DNA of 64,000 nucleotides from the human T2T-CHM13v2.0 reference genome, Homo sapiens: NCBI RefSeq assembly GCF_009914755.1, contig NC_060930.1; one strand, given 5' to 3'. The notes under the pieces are model-generated. The model did not search any database and was not told the DNA's origin. It worked only from the letters and a program-made list of their open reading frames with translations. Shown one piece after another: positions 11,946 to 26,775 of this stretch. Both the position numbers and the translations under genes were made by a program. Position 1 is the first letter of the stretch; every line of letters starts with the position of its first letter.

Positions 11946-14523
11946 AGGAATTTAGTGACTCAATTTATAGCTTGGTTCTCTGAGTGAGAGACATCAGCAA
12001 ATCCTCACTATCACCCACGTTTGAAAGCATGATCATCTAATCCCTTGGATTTTTCACTTTGAAAAAATATTTTAAAGACCAACTTATCTAATTATCTCAT
12101 TTTAGAATGAAGGAAACAGCCCATTATTTAAAAAAAAAAAAAAAAACCTGCTAAAGTGACTTGCTTTAGGTCACAGCTATTAGTGAAGATAAAATCAGAA
12201 ATAACCAACCCTGTACAAGAGAATCTTCTCTTTACCACACAGCTGCTTCTTCTCAAAAACTCCAGTCAAAAGCAGATTCTGGACAATTCTTGGCTAGCAT
12301 AGGTGGCAGGGTTGGGGGGCTGCATGGGTAAAGAACTCAGTGAGTGGAAGAAGAAAAGTATGTGGCCAAAGAACATTTTTACATAGAATGTGACCCATAC
12401 AAGATTCCAGGACTGGGATCCCAGGCTCCTGATTCTCAGTCTAGGTTTATCTTGTGCTAACAACAATTTATTTTGCGTCCTTTGAATTATGATGTCCACA
12501 AATCATATAACCTGAACCATGGGCTTTCCTTTCTTGGAATGCTGCATTTATGATGCAGCTTTTGCAAAATCTCAATAGTATTAACAAAATCCTAATGCAA
12601 GAAGAAGAAAAAAAAGTCATATATCCAATCAGTATTTTCCAATTAAAAGACATATGTAATAGGTTAATTTCTATCACCCATGTTGTAAAACTTTTAGTCA
12701 TTAGCAACAACAGCAACAACAAATGCACCGTTTCTTACTTATATATACATGGTCTTTTATAGAAACAAAGAAAACAATTCTTATGCCAAAGTTTCCAGAT
12801 TTAGATTTTTCCTATGTCTATGCCAAGAAATTGGATAGAGCTTCAAGAATTTCTTGTCCTGCTAGGCCTTTTTTTGTCTCTTGATACATAAGAAGTATAC
12901 TTGGCATTTTTTATTTTGATATTGGACATTTTTAAGTACCTGGTACTTTAATAACTAAGTTCATAATAATGATGTTTTAGCAATGTTTTTATTGAAAATC
13001 TGTTAAACTTATAATGCATATTGTCATCTATGGCACACAAGTAATTGGTGCCTTGGGCCTTGGAAGATAAGAGTAGCTCATTTTGGAAAAGTAACTGAGT
13101 CTTAGGGGCTTATTATTTCCTGGTGAATCATCAAAGTAAACATGGTCAGTATATAATAAAAGCCTATTACAAGGCAGTTTGCTTTTCCTCAAAGTTAAAC
13201 CACAAGTCATACCTTGTTGCCTATGTACATAATGATATGTATGCATTTGGTTCACTTTAGCACAGAAAGTCTGTAATATGTGCTCTACTCATCTTCACAA
13301 AGGAAGGTATTCGCTACTGGTTGACTGTACACATTTTCACACCTTCACAGTCAATAGAAATTTCAGAATATCAAAGAAAATATACGAATTGAGTTACAAA
13401 TCCACTCAACAAACCTAGCCCTACATTTACAGAATGTGAAAAACCTCATCATTCTCCACTTTTGCCTCCAGCAAATGTGCCATCTTCAGCCACTGGAGGT
13501 CATCTGCTGAAATTTCATTGCCCAGTTCGTATCAGATGCAATCAGAATTTGTTTGATGACAAAAACACTTATCAGCTAGTCTGTCAGTGCTTTAAAAAAA
13601 GATTAAACCACATGTCATTAATAGACCAATTAAAGGAAGCACACTCTGGTGTGCCTGCCTATTAAAAATTATTTATTTCAGTAGTCCTTGAGGCTTACCT
13701 CCTTTGCTTCACTGATTCAACAAATATTTATTGAGCTCCTGTGTGTCAGGCACTAGGCTAGTGCTTGGGGATATAAAATTAAATAAAATAAGCCTAGTCT
13801 CTCCTATACAAGGAGAGTCTCTCACATTGCAAACAAAAATGTGACCAGATAAATATTGTCAGTGCAAAAGGAGGTACAAATCTAAAGAAGCATACATTTG
13901 TTTGGAAAGATTGTCTCCCTCTCTGACTACCATAGTAGTTTTCTTCTTTTATAATTTACTCAACACATAATTGTTGAACATCCCCTGCTAGATATCAGGC
14001 AGGGTATTTGCTGTTGAGGATGTAGTCATGAAAAGAGGTACAGCCTGTAACCTAAATAGAATTTGTGAAACTACTAGAGCATTAGATAGCATTAGACAAA
14101 TAGTTGTAGAAATAATTATAACCATCCTGCTAAAGCTATGAAGCAGAAGTATCAGGTACTATAAGAGGACTATTGCACTCTATTATACACAAGAGTCTTT
14201 AGATCTATACTTGTTTCATCTTTGTATCATCCACAGAGCTTGGAAAAAAACATTGAAAAAATTGATTCTTAAATAAATATATGTTGAGTGATTGAGTCCT
14301 GAATCTGAGGATGGGGTAAAAAATGTCATTCTTTCTAAATAAAAATATTAACCAAAATGACTTGATGTGGTATTCATTATTGCTGTTCAAAGATATTTCC
14401 AGTTCTCATCTTCTAAAATATGGCAGAATTGTACTTTCCTAACCCTTTGAAGATAAGCAAAGACATATGATTTGCTTTGAGTGATGAAATGTTAGAACTG
14501 ATTACATCACTTCCAGGTTAAAT

Positions 14524-14524
<1 letters not shown>

Positions 14525-14560
<36 letters not shown>
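14525..14560. repeat. (CA)n microsatellite inside an old MaLR (MLT1) LTR remnant at about 14390-14800
   Basis: Perfect AC run; the flanks resemble MLT1 ends (TTTGTTGTTTTAGGCC...ACTAACTGATA). Confidence 0.85.
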
Positions 14561-14561
<1 letters not shown>

Positions 14562-17500
14562 GATACCTTTCAGAGGAAATGTGCAGTTACACGTGTTTCC
14601 TTCCCCTACCATGATGACAATGTTCCAGATGAGGGGTGATCTATTAGCCTGCATTGTTGGCTAAGCAAAACATGGAAGAGCTTCCACTGACCTGATAGGT
14701 ACATATAACCTAATTGAAAAATAACCTTTGTTGTTTTAGGCCTCAGAGAATTAAGGGTTGTTATCCTGTAGGAGTTTAACCTAACCCATACTAACTGATA
14801 ACCTAGATAAGGTGAGATATCTGTGGAAAGTATAACAGGGAAGAAAAACATCCAAAGAAATAGTAAGTAAACTGCTGGTAAGATTAGCAAAAGGCTTAGG
14901 GTGCTCCCTGGAAAATAAAATATCCCTCTGAAATGGATGCTAGAAAATGTAATGTGTTTGCCATGAGGAAGTTTGTTATGTAATTTTAAAAATTTTTTAT
15001 GTGTATGTGTGACATTTAAAATATTGAAAGAGAAGACTGGCACCAGAAGAATGTATCAATATGTCTCCACTGTACCCTGATTTTAATTATGAGTTAGTAT
15101 TGCAGAATTTTGGTAAGAAGAAGAAAGGGTCACACTGGTATATCAAGGTGAGGAGATGATCTGCTTGATACACTCAATTTCTTTATTCAGATTCTCTATG
15201 CTCTAAGTAACTTTATTTTCTCTGTCTTGGACTTCAAAATGTGTCTTATCAGCTCTGCCAAGAATACTTCTAATTTTATACTTAGAAATTCAAGAATGGA
15301 GCACTAATTCATGTAACAGAAATTTGATGTGCAATGACCTTGACTAGAGAAATATTTATTTTCTTAAGTGATGAGTTTCAGCAATTATTAAGTAATTAAA
15401 CATCTCCCTAGTACACCAGAAAAATTTCAGTGGAGAAAATCAGTCAGTGATTTACAAATTCTAACTGGAAACAAAGAAATGTATTGAACTTAACAGCAAA
15501 CAAAATGCATCAATATGTAACAACAATAATAAAATTAATTTAGCAGAAATTATTGTTGAGAACATTAAATAACAAAAGCACTAAACATATTAAAAATGAA
15601 TAGGGAAGCAGCAGGTAAGTGATCGCCACTTAAAACTCTCGCAAGAAGCCTCTACAGCCCATGACTTATTTTCCTTGTACATATTATGTAGGAAACTATT
15701 TTTCAGTTCATGCAATAATACTTACACTCCATTTTTCCATTAAAATGTGCTCATAAGTATTAATCAATTCCCATAACAGCAAAGAGATAGCAAAGAATTA
15801 TCCAGAGTTGACAGACTGAGAGCTTGAAATGATGTTTGACTATAATGCCAAAGACTGCTGGGGGAATTAATAAGAGCTGACACGAGAGTTCCAAATTCTG
15901 GCTCCTGGCTGCTGCCAGGGTGAAGGAAGCTGTGAGCAAGTTAACTTATCCTGTCCTCTGCCCACCACATTGACACAAAGGAGCCAAGAGCACCTGCTTC
16001 TAAATTACCCCTGCATGATCAGCAAAGCTACTGCAGACGCTCTTTCTATCTTAGCTCTTGGTGTCTCAGAGTTAGGTATTTCACTTAGAAAAGATTAAGA
16101 AAATCTTCAAATCCACAATTCAATGACCTGGGTCAAGAAGTCCTCCACAGGTCTGACTTAGAGCTTAAGAAATAATACTGTTATATCCTAAAGCTAAAAC
16201 CAGGAGACTGGGGGTGACTCATCTGTCCTCATAATGACTAACACCTTTGTTTACATGCTTTTAATGTTAGGAAGCTTGAGATTTGTACATGGCATACTGG
16301 TTACCAGGGACTGAGGGTCTCCAGCTCTGCTGGACTTTCAGTTTTAAAACTGAGGAAGTCCCAGGCAAACCCAAATGGTTGGTCACCCTTCTTCTGGGTA
16401 ATGAAATATGCCATGCTTCTTCATTTTATGTAACTGATGAAACTAACGTAACCAGTTGTCTTATTTCTTCGAGTAATCAGATATACATGGGGCAAAATTA
16501 AATTTGAGCAAACACTTTTAAATTATTTATTTAAAAATATATTTTAGTGAGTTATGGCTACATTTTCATAGATAGCAAAATTTCACTAACAATATTGAAA
16601 CTGCCATGAGGTAGGACCATCCATATATATCAAAGCCTATACCAAAAACTTGTCTTGAGATTATTTCTTTGCATAGAAGTCAGACGGGAGGAGTCTAATT
16701 CCCTTTGTACCATCCCAGGTCCACTTCTCATCTGTGGCCCTCAGCCAACCTACATCACAGCCCTATGAAGGGATGTGAAAAACTTCCTAATGCTCTCCAG
16801 TGCCATACCAGGGCACAAGAGAATCTGAGGGGCTGCCCTTAGTTTTCTATGTCATGCCTGTCCCTCTGTTGTGCCATGCTGTGTTCCCTTTGACTTTATG
16901 CCTTGACATTATGGCCTCCTAGGGTTACAATCTGGGAAGCCAGGCAGCAATATATACTGCTCTGGGACCTATCCGATTCCCCCTCCCTTGTGAGTGCTCA
17001 GAGAGAAGGAGAAGGGCAGAGATTAGGGTCATTTCAATCATCCAAGGGGGTTTTCAGCTCTCACCAAGGCCCCTCTGATTCTCTTTTTCCCACTTGCTTG
17101 TTGAACTCTTCTCTCCTTTTGGAAGAGAAACCAGTTCTTACATGTCACCATCCACTCTTTCTCCACTGTGAATCATGAACAGATTCTATGCTAGGTCCCA
17201 GGCTTTGGCTTCTCTATAATTACTTTCTATTTATGTGACTGTGAGTAAGTATTTCTTTTTAAACTTCTTATGCCCAAGTCCTCATCTGCAAAAATAGGGA
17301 TAATTATAGTATCTACACCATATGGATCATTGTGAAGATTATATGAGTTAATAGGTATAAAAGGCTTACGAAAATTTTGACACAAAGTAAGCCCCCAAAA
17401 AAGCTAATAGTATTTTTGATTTTGGTGTGATTATGCAAATGTAAGCTTAAGAGCTGGGGGGAAAAAAAAAAAAAAAAAACCTGGAACTTTTTTTCCTCCC

Positions 17501-19707
17501 AGAAGTTGGTACAAAGACTTTTCATTTTAAGATGATTGTTTCAGTCAAAGGATCAAAGGCCCACTTTTAAACTCAGGTGAGAAATTAACGCTCTTCATTG
17601 GGGTTCTTTTGTGCCCTCCTTTCCCTAGAGACCTAGACCTCAGTCTTTGGCTCTGTTTTTAACAATAAAAAAGTGCCCCACCACCACCCACAATTAAGGA
17701 GTAAAGGGATGAAATAATACCAGGATGATATTACGGTCCTTTGCTAGCTGTGTGACCTTGGCAAGTGGCATAAATTCTGAGCCCTACACTTTACAGGTGC
17801 TCAAAGAAGGCTGTTAAGGCTGGACTGAACAAAGTGAGGAGAGTGACAAGAGGTGACAATGAAAGATAGAGGGATGAGATCTGCAGGGCCTGTAGACTGT
17901 AGAACACAAAAATTTAATGAGATGATAAATGTAAAATTTTGGCACATATCAACTCTCCTTAACATTGATTCCTTGCATACCTTGACATTGACTTCTTCCT
18001 GGAAATTCCTTCTGCAACACAGAATTTCTCATCCTCATCTTCATTATTGTTTTCTTAGTGCTCTTCTTGTTTTAAGTATTTTAAATTGAGTCACTTCGTT
18101 TATAAATGTCCATTTTCTAAGTGTCTTGCATATCTGTTTCTGTATGAGAACTCTCACCAAAAGTTTATATGATGATTGCCAGATGATAAAAGATTTTTCT
18201 GAAATTATTTAAAGGAAATTATTCATTTTTTTCTTACAGTATGTTATGATGGATGTCATATATATGCAATGTATATCAAATTTATTTATGCAAATATAAA
18301 ATACTAAACAGCAAAGTTCAAAATGATTTATTTTCTTTAAATTATTTGAAAGTATCCTTTTCTATTGGACCACACTTCCTTTTGTATTTCACATATTTTA
18401 ATTTCAACTATTGAGTCATTTTCTTGATTTTAAAAATGATTTCACCATTAGATTTTTGCTATCTTTTTATAACAAATGAGAAATTATTATTTTTTTCATC
18501 CATTTCAGCCCTTGTAAAAGTATAGCAATGATAAGGAAGCAAAGGGTATGAAATAGCTTATAAACACCTTGCTGAATTGTTCCTGATTGGTCAATGACAG
18601 ACATGTCTAATATCATTGTTGCACTTATTTTGAGGATGAAAGCTGATAAGTGAGCTTAACTGCTCAAGGGTCACACATTTCCAACCAATTCTCATGTGTT
18701 TTTCTTTGACTAAGGTGGTGCAGTGAGCTGGCTGCACAAATGGCCATGCAGACCCAGGCGGTGTTTATACTTCTGTTGTTCCATGAGTGCCCTATGCACT
18801 GATTCTCTAAGTTAAAATAATAATAGTAACAATGCCTTTCACTTTGCTATCAGTTTGAATCTGAACTTGTCCAAGAAAGGTGTTTACCAGATCAAGGAAA
18901 GAAGGGTGATAACGTTATAGATTATTTTTATTGTACTCTATCTGCATTATCTTGAAAAATCCATCTCCCAATTCATAAACATTTTCAGTTGCCCAAAGAT
19001 AATTCCGAAGTATTCATATATCAGATTGACTATCCAAAAGATGAAAGAAATGAAAATCAAAAAGTTGTAAGTTCCTACCACATTTAGATTAATGAAGTAA
19101 TTCATATAGAAATAGAGGTACATTACAAACTCCATTTTACATGTTTTTACCTGTAATGTAGTTACTGTCAGTCAGCTTTATAACAAAATAGAAAAACAGA
19201 GGCTTTAGGTTATTTACTGAAGTCACACATCAAGAACCAAGCAGGAATTAGTTCCCAATGCATCCAATGCCGAAGGCTTCATTCCTTTATGATGTTGTGG
19301 AAGGAATATTTCACATAGGGCTTAGCTGTGCCTGTGAAAATGCACCCTAAGACACCAGCCCTTCCCCACCTTGATGGGCCCAGGGTTGCTTTTCCTTTCA
19401 CAAAAATTACAGTTGACTTCAGCTGCTCCTCAGGTAAAGTGGACTTTAAATCCTATAGCTCCCCACCCAACTCATTCAAATTTGTAATTTGATCCTTGCA
19501 GATACATGCACGGTGCTAATTCAGTGTGATCTTTCTCTAAAATATGGCTTCTCTCCTCTGATTTATTTAAACTGTAATTACCCTTAATTTCTTTCTTGAT
19601 CACATATTCATGTGTACATTACCTTACTCATTGAACAGTTTTTTGAATATTTCCTAAATTCCAGGGACTATCTAGGTACTGGAGAAAGCTTGTGCTTCTT
19701 TCTTTCA

Positions 19708-20210
<503 letters not shown>

Positions 20211-20569
20211 TCAGGAGTAGTGTCCCAACTTCTGGACAGCAGTTATGAACGTGGGAGGATTTGTTAGAGGTGTTTAACTTGTTGGATAATATTGTTTTTT
20301 ATTACTAGGACTAAAGACAATACAATAGTCTCCTGGGAACAGTCCTGTTTTTCTTCTAATGTCCCTTGACCAATCTGGGAAAATGAGTCTAACTAGCCTA
20401 GTGTCCAGTTATTAGATATCTGAGGTCCCTAAAGAGCTTGGGATGGACACATAGACTCCTAATAGCTAATGTATGTTAAGGGGTTGGTTTGTTTGTTTTA
20501 ATGGGGTCAGGGGTAGTGTTAGTTGTTTTAATTCTCAAAACACCCCATGTGAAATAAATACCTTGTTTT

Positions 20570-21590
20570 GTTAAATTTTCAAAATTGTGAGATAGAGCTA
20601 ACATACAGAAGAGTGCATAAACTTAAACATATAGCTTAACAAGTTGTCAGATGCATGCTCATGTATTATAACACAGATAAAGAAACAAAACATTATTGAC
20701 ACACTAAAAGCCCCCTGCAGGACCGTCTGGATCATAGCTCTGTCTACCTCTCCCAGTGCCAAACACTTTCCTGACTTTTACAGAATTCAACTTCCTTTCA
20801 TTTTTTTATTGTTTCACAACAGAATTAACCATCCCTAAAAGCATAGTTTAATTTTGCCTACATTTTTGTTCATACAGTTACCGTTCTGTTGTCTCTGGCC
20901 CCTTTTGCTTAGCATTATGACATTAAGATTCATCTAGTTTGTAACATATCAAAAGTCCATTCCTTTTCATTGCTGTGTATTGTAACTTTGTGTGGATATT
21001 CTATAACTGTGTATTCTGTTGGGATGCACTTTTGGGTTATTTGCGGTTTGGGGCCATTTTGAACAATGCTATAAATCTACATGCACACATTTTCTGGAGC
21101 GCAATGTGCACATTTCTCTCTCTAGCGGTGAAATTGCTGAGTAGTAGATTATAGGCATCTATACTAGATATTACCAAAGAGATTATTCATAAGAGTTCCT
21201 CTTGCTCCACATCTTTGCCTGACTTGAATTATCAGACTTTTAATTTTTGCCAATCTGATGGATTATAGTAATAGTTCCCTGAAGATCTTAATCTTCATTT
21301 TTCTGGTTTCCAGTGATATTGGGCATCTTAATTTGTATTCTATTTATATGTCCTCTTCTTTGATTCAGGTCTTTTGCCTATTTCTGCATTGGGTTTTTTG
21401 TTTTTTTTTTCAGAGTTCTTTCTGGATAAGGGCTCTTTATCAGTTATGCATGTTGAAAACACACATTTCTTCTTTGAGGCTTACTTCTTCACTATCTTAG
21501 TTGTGTCTTTTAATAAAAAGAAAACTTAATTTCATTGTAGGTACATTTAAAATGTTTTTTATGGATAATATTTATTATATTGTTTAATAA
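20570..21590 (-). mobile_element. Old L1M (ME/MC-like) fragment
   Basis: Antisense L1 3' motifs (CATTCCTTTTCATTGCTG, GAAATTGCTGAGT, TTTTGCCAATCTGATGG). Confidence 0.65.
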
Positions 21591-21598
21591 ATCTCTTC

Positions 21599-21869
21599 TT
21601 TTTTGAGACAGAATCTTGCTCTGTCACCCAAGCTGGAGTGCAGTGGCACGGTCATGGCTCACTGCAGCCTTGACCTTCTGGGCTAAAATGACCCTCCCAC
21701 TGTGTGCCCTGAGCAGATGGGACTACAGACACATGCTAATTTTTTAATTTTTTGTAGAGACAGGGTCTTACTATGTTGCCCAGGCTGGTCTCAAACTCCT
21801 GAGTTCAAACAATTCTGCCTCAGCCTTCCAAACTGCTGGGATTACAGGTGTGAGCCACTCTCCTTGGCC
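21599..21869 (-). mobile_element. AluJ
   Basis: Antisense Alu with J-type ATGGCTCACTGCAGCCTTGACC and TTTTGTAGAGACAGGGTCT. Confidence 0.88.
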
Positions 21870-22159
21870 ATAACAACTCTCTTCTTATTCTAAGATTATG
21901 AAAATAGTATCTTATGTTACCTTTACCCTACCTCAGCTCAAAATGAATAATTAAAATGTAATCAATGAGAAAAAGAAGACCTATTAAATAAAGGGTATAT
22001 TGACCCAATTGACTATCCGTTAAAAATAGTAATGTGAATATGTACTTTTTTTATAATAAAAGTATTTGAGTTAGATTAAAAGTATAATGCAACGATAGCA
22101 TAAAACATTAGAAGAAAATATAAGAAAAATGTTTTTAAAATCTAGGTAGAGAAAAAGCC

Positions 22160-22449
22160 TTTTTGTTTGTTTGTTTGTTTTTGAGATGGTCACCAGGTTG
22201 GAGTACAGTGGCATGATTGCGGCTCACTGCAACCTCCGAATCCCAGGTTCAAGCAATTATCCTGCCTCAACCTCCTGAGTAGCTGGGACTACAGGCACCT
22301 GCCACCACACCTGGCTAATTTTTGTATTTTTAGTAGAGATGGGGTTTCACCATGTTAGCCAGGATGGTCTCAATCTCCTGACCTCATGATCCACCCACCT
22401 CAGACTCCCAAAGTGCTAGGATTACAGGCGTGAGCCATTGCACTGGGCC
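22160..22449 (-). mobile_element. AluS (Sc-like)
   Basis: Antisense Alu with a (TTTG)n tail. TSD AAAAAGCCTTTT on both sides. Confidence 0.9.
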
Positions 22450-22881
22450 AAAAAAGCCTTTTTAAGTATGAAACCCAGAAGCCTTGAACCCAACATCTGG
22501 CAGATTTGCCTACGCAAAAATGTTAAACTTCTATAACATACCACATTTATATAATACCACAAGGAAAGCTACAACACAAAGTTGAAAATAATTGCAGTCT
22601 AGAAAATAGACAATGGATTAATATTTATACCATATGAAAACTTTCCACACGTTAGAGAAAAAAGAAATAACCCATAAGAAAATGAGCAAGAGATATGAAC
22701 AGACAATTCATAGGCAAAGAAACATAGAAGGACTTCTAAGCATATAGCATATGCTCAAAGTCATTAATAATGAGAGAAATGCAAATTAACACTACAATGA
22801 GATCTATTGTTTGCCCTTGATTGACAAAAAATATAAATATTGATAATATCCATTTTGATATGGATGTGAGAAAATAGATGT

Positions 22882-23245
22882 TGTATTAGTCTGTTCTCAT
22901 GCTGCTAATAAAGACATACCCAAGACTGGGTAATTTATAAAGGAAAGAGGTTTAATTGACTCACTGTTCAGCATGGCTGGGGAGGCCTCACAATCAAGGT
23001 GGAAGGCAAAGGAGGAGCAAAGTCATGTCCTACATGGTGGCAGACAAGACAGCATTGCAGGGAAACTGCCCTTTTATAAAACCATCAGATCTCAAGAGAC
23101 TTATTCACTATCTCGAGAACAGCATAGGAAAAACCTGCCCCCATGATTCAATTACCTTCCACTGGGTGCCTCCCACAACATGCAGGGATTATGGGAGCAA
23201 CAGTTCAAGATGAGATTTCAGTGGAGACACAGCCAAACCATACCA
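22882..23245 (-). mobile_element. THE1 (C/D-like) MaLR solo LTR inserted in an old L1
   Basis: TGTATTAGTCTGTTCTCATGCTGCTAATAAAGACATACC...GACACAGCCAAACCATACCA. TSD GAT(G/A)T. Confidence 0.9.
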
Positions 23246-23255
23246 GATATCTTCA

Positions 23256-23674
<419 letters not shown>

Positions 23675-23774
23675 TCCACAGACATAAAAGATAACAATAA
23701 TAATAATAATGGTTACACTTACTGAGCACTTGTTATGGGTCAACTGATATTATTAAGAGAAAACAGCAAATATC

Positions 23775-25530
23775 TACACATTAATCAAGTGTTTTAATTG
23801 AATCCCTATTATGCATCATATGCTGTTCTAGATGCTGGAACTTCAGCATAGGCACACACCAAAAAGAAAAATTTCTGTCCTCATGGAGATTTACATTATA
23901 GTGGGAGGGGAGAGAATAATAATAAACAATAATCATAATAAATCAATAACATGCTCTATTAGAAGATGGTTAAGTACTAAGGGAGAGCACAGCAAAGATA
24001 AATGGTGTGTGGGAAATTTGAAATCTAATCACCCAAGAGGGTATAATTTAAGCAAAAATATAAAGAAGTTACACAGATATCTAGGAAAAGAGCATTCTAG
24101 GCAGAGTGATAAACCGCTGAAAGATCTCTGAAGGGGGAGCTTGTACCGCATATTTGAGGAATAGAAAGAAGGCTGGTTTGATTGTAGCAGAGTGAGAGAA
24201 AAGATATAGTAAGAGATAAGAAAGGGTAACAGAGACCTGACAGTGTACACCTTGTTGCACCATGATGACCTTAGACTCGATTCTGAGTGAGGCTAAAAGC
24301 CACTGGAAGGATATAAACAGAAGGCAAAATCTATTTTATGCTTAAAGAAGCTCTCTGCCTTGGGCTAAGGACAGAATTGGGATGGAGAGGGATGAGGGTA
24401 GAAGTAGGAGGACCAGTTAGGGGCTATTGCAATATTCCAGGCTGGAAATGGTGGTGACTTGGATCCAGGTGGTAGCAGTGAAGCAGTGTAACCACCTGGA
24501 TCCAAGCAGTGAAGTTAGAAATGGCTAGATTCTGGATATATGTTTAAAGTGGAGGTGCAGCATTTGATCATGAATTAGATGTGAGATGTAAGAGCAAGAA
24601 AGGAATAAAGAATGGCTCCAAGCATTTTTGTCTGACAAACTGGAAAACATAGAGTTTCTATTAACTAGCTCAGGAAAGACTATGGATACAGCAGGTTTTG
24701 GAGGAAAAATTAGGTCACTTTTAGACAGTAGAGCTTAAGAGGTCTATTAGATCTCCAAATGGAGATGTCAAGTGGACAACTAGATCTATAAACCTAAATT
24801 CAGAAGAGAGGTCAAGGCAAGGAATAAAAATGTTGGAGTTTTCAAAGTATAGATATATCTTTTAAGTCATCAGATCAGATTTAAAGAAGAGAAAATAGGA
24901 GGCAGAAGGAAGGGGAGGGAAAGGAACAGAGATGTTTAGACATCAAGAAGACAAGGAACCATCAAGACATCAAGAAGATGAGGAAGTTCAAGGAACGCAG
25001 AAGTTTAGACATCAAGAAGATGAGGAAGAACCAGCAAAGGAGACTGAGAAGGATCAGTCAATGAAGAAGGAGTAGGGTTCCTATAAGCCCAAAGGCGTTT
25101 ACCAAGGAGGGAGAGATCAACTCTGTCAAATGACGGTCATGGATAAAATAAAATAAAATAATACTGAGGATTGACCATTGGGTTTAGCAAATAAATAACG
25201 TCAGTGACTCTACAGTTTTTGTGGAATATTGAAGGGCAAAGTTCACCTTCATGTGCTTAAGAGAGAATGGGAGCGAAAACAGATTGCAAACAGTGAGACA
25301 AACAACTATTTCAATCAGTTTTCATCAAAGGGGAGCAGAGAAGCAAGTTTGCATGGGAAAAAAAAAGCTTTGTTTTGTTTTAAGATGAGAAAATTAACAG
25401 CATGTTTGTATGATGGTGAGAATGATTTAGCGGAAATAAAAAATATCATCAGAGGAGGGGGGAAGCAGTATTTTTGAGAGGATGCATAAGTCTAGTGCCT
25501 AAGTGAAGGGTTAGCTTTACCTAAAAATGC
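23775..25530 (-). mobile_element. Long L2 LINE remnant
   Basis: Antisense L2 motifs (GAGCATTCTAGGCAGAG, GGAGGACCAGTTAGGGGCTATTGCAAT, GATTCTGGATATA, GCAAAGGAGACTGAGAAGGA). Confidence 0.75.
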
Positions 25531-25541
25531 AGATAATTTAT

Positions 25542-25720
25542 AGCAATGATTCTCAAATTCTAATATACATTGGAATCATCTAGAGGTTTTATTAAAGTAC
25601 AGATTGCTGGGCCCGACCTCCAGAGTTTCTGATTCAGTATTTCTCGAGTGGGACCCAAAAATTTGTTTCTAACAAGTTCCCAGGTACTACTGCTAGGAAC
25701 CACAAGATAAGAACCACTGC
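25542..25720. mobile_element. MER5A hAT DNA transposon
   Basis: CAATGATTCTCAAA...CAGATTGCTGGGCCC...TTTCTGATTCAGTA...TTCTAACAAGTTCCCAGG...AGAACCACTG. Confidence 0.8.
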
Positions 25721-25730
25721 CTATAGTAAC

Positions 25731-25956
<226 letters not shown>

Positions 25957-26259
25957 CTAAGGAAGCTTTTTTGACTGCTTATATATTCACAGAAAAATAA
26001 AAGTTCGGTCAATATCTGAGAGTGAAGATGAGGGTGAAGGTGGTAGCAGTTTGATGAAAGGAAAAATATGAAATAATTGCTAGGATACCAGCAAAGCAAA
26101 TGCACCAAGGCAATAAAATATGATTACCCACTAGCACTAACTACTCATCGAATGGTTATATATATTTTCTTTAGGCAGGATCAGTTGCTCAAGTGTGAAT
26201 GCAGACAATAAAAAGAGTCAAACTTATACATCTGTTAACCAAAAGAAGATAACCAATGT

Positions 26260-26775
26260 GTATAAGTATTGCTACACAAGTAACCCCAAAACTCGGTGGT
26301 TTAAAATAGTATTTATTATTACTCAGGAGTCTAAGGTCAGTTGGTAGTCATATTGATCTGGACCAGGCTTGGATGATCATGGCTGGACTCATTCATGGTC
26401 TGCAGTCGGTTCACAGTTCAGCTGGGGACTGACTGTTTTCAGATGGCTTTGCTCACATGTCTGGCAGATCAGTGATTACAGGCTGTGATGACTGGGGTGA
26501 CTGTAATAATCATCTCCTAGCAGTCTAGTTCAGCCTTATTCAAATAGCTGTAGCAGAATTCCCAAAATACTGTGGAATTCCTCATGGCCTCTTGTGACTC
26601 AGACTCAGAACAGGCAAGATGTCACTTTCCACTTGATGTTATTGGCCAAAACAGGTCACAAAGCTAGATCATATTTAAGATGGAGAGAAACAGATTCTTT
26701 GCCTTGATGAGAAGTGTTGCAAAGTTGTATTGTAAGGGGCATGGATACAGGGAAAGGAATAATTATGCCTAATTT
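26260..26775 (-). mobile_element. Old MaLR LTR (MLT1F/G-like)
   Basis: TATTGCTACAC.AAGTAACCCCAAAACTCGGTGGTTTAAAA...ATTGGCCAAAACAGGTCACAAAG. Confidence 0.55.
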
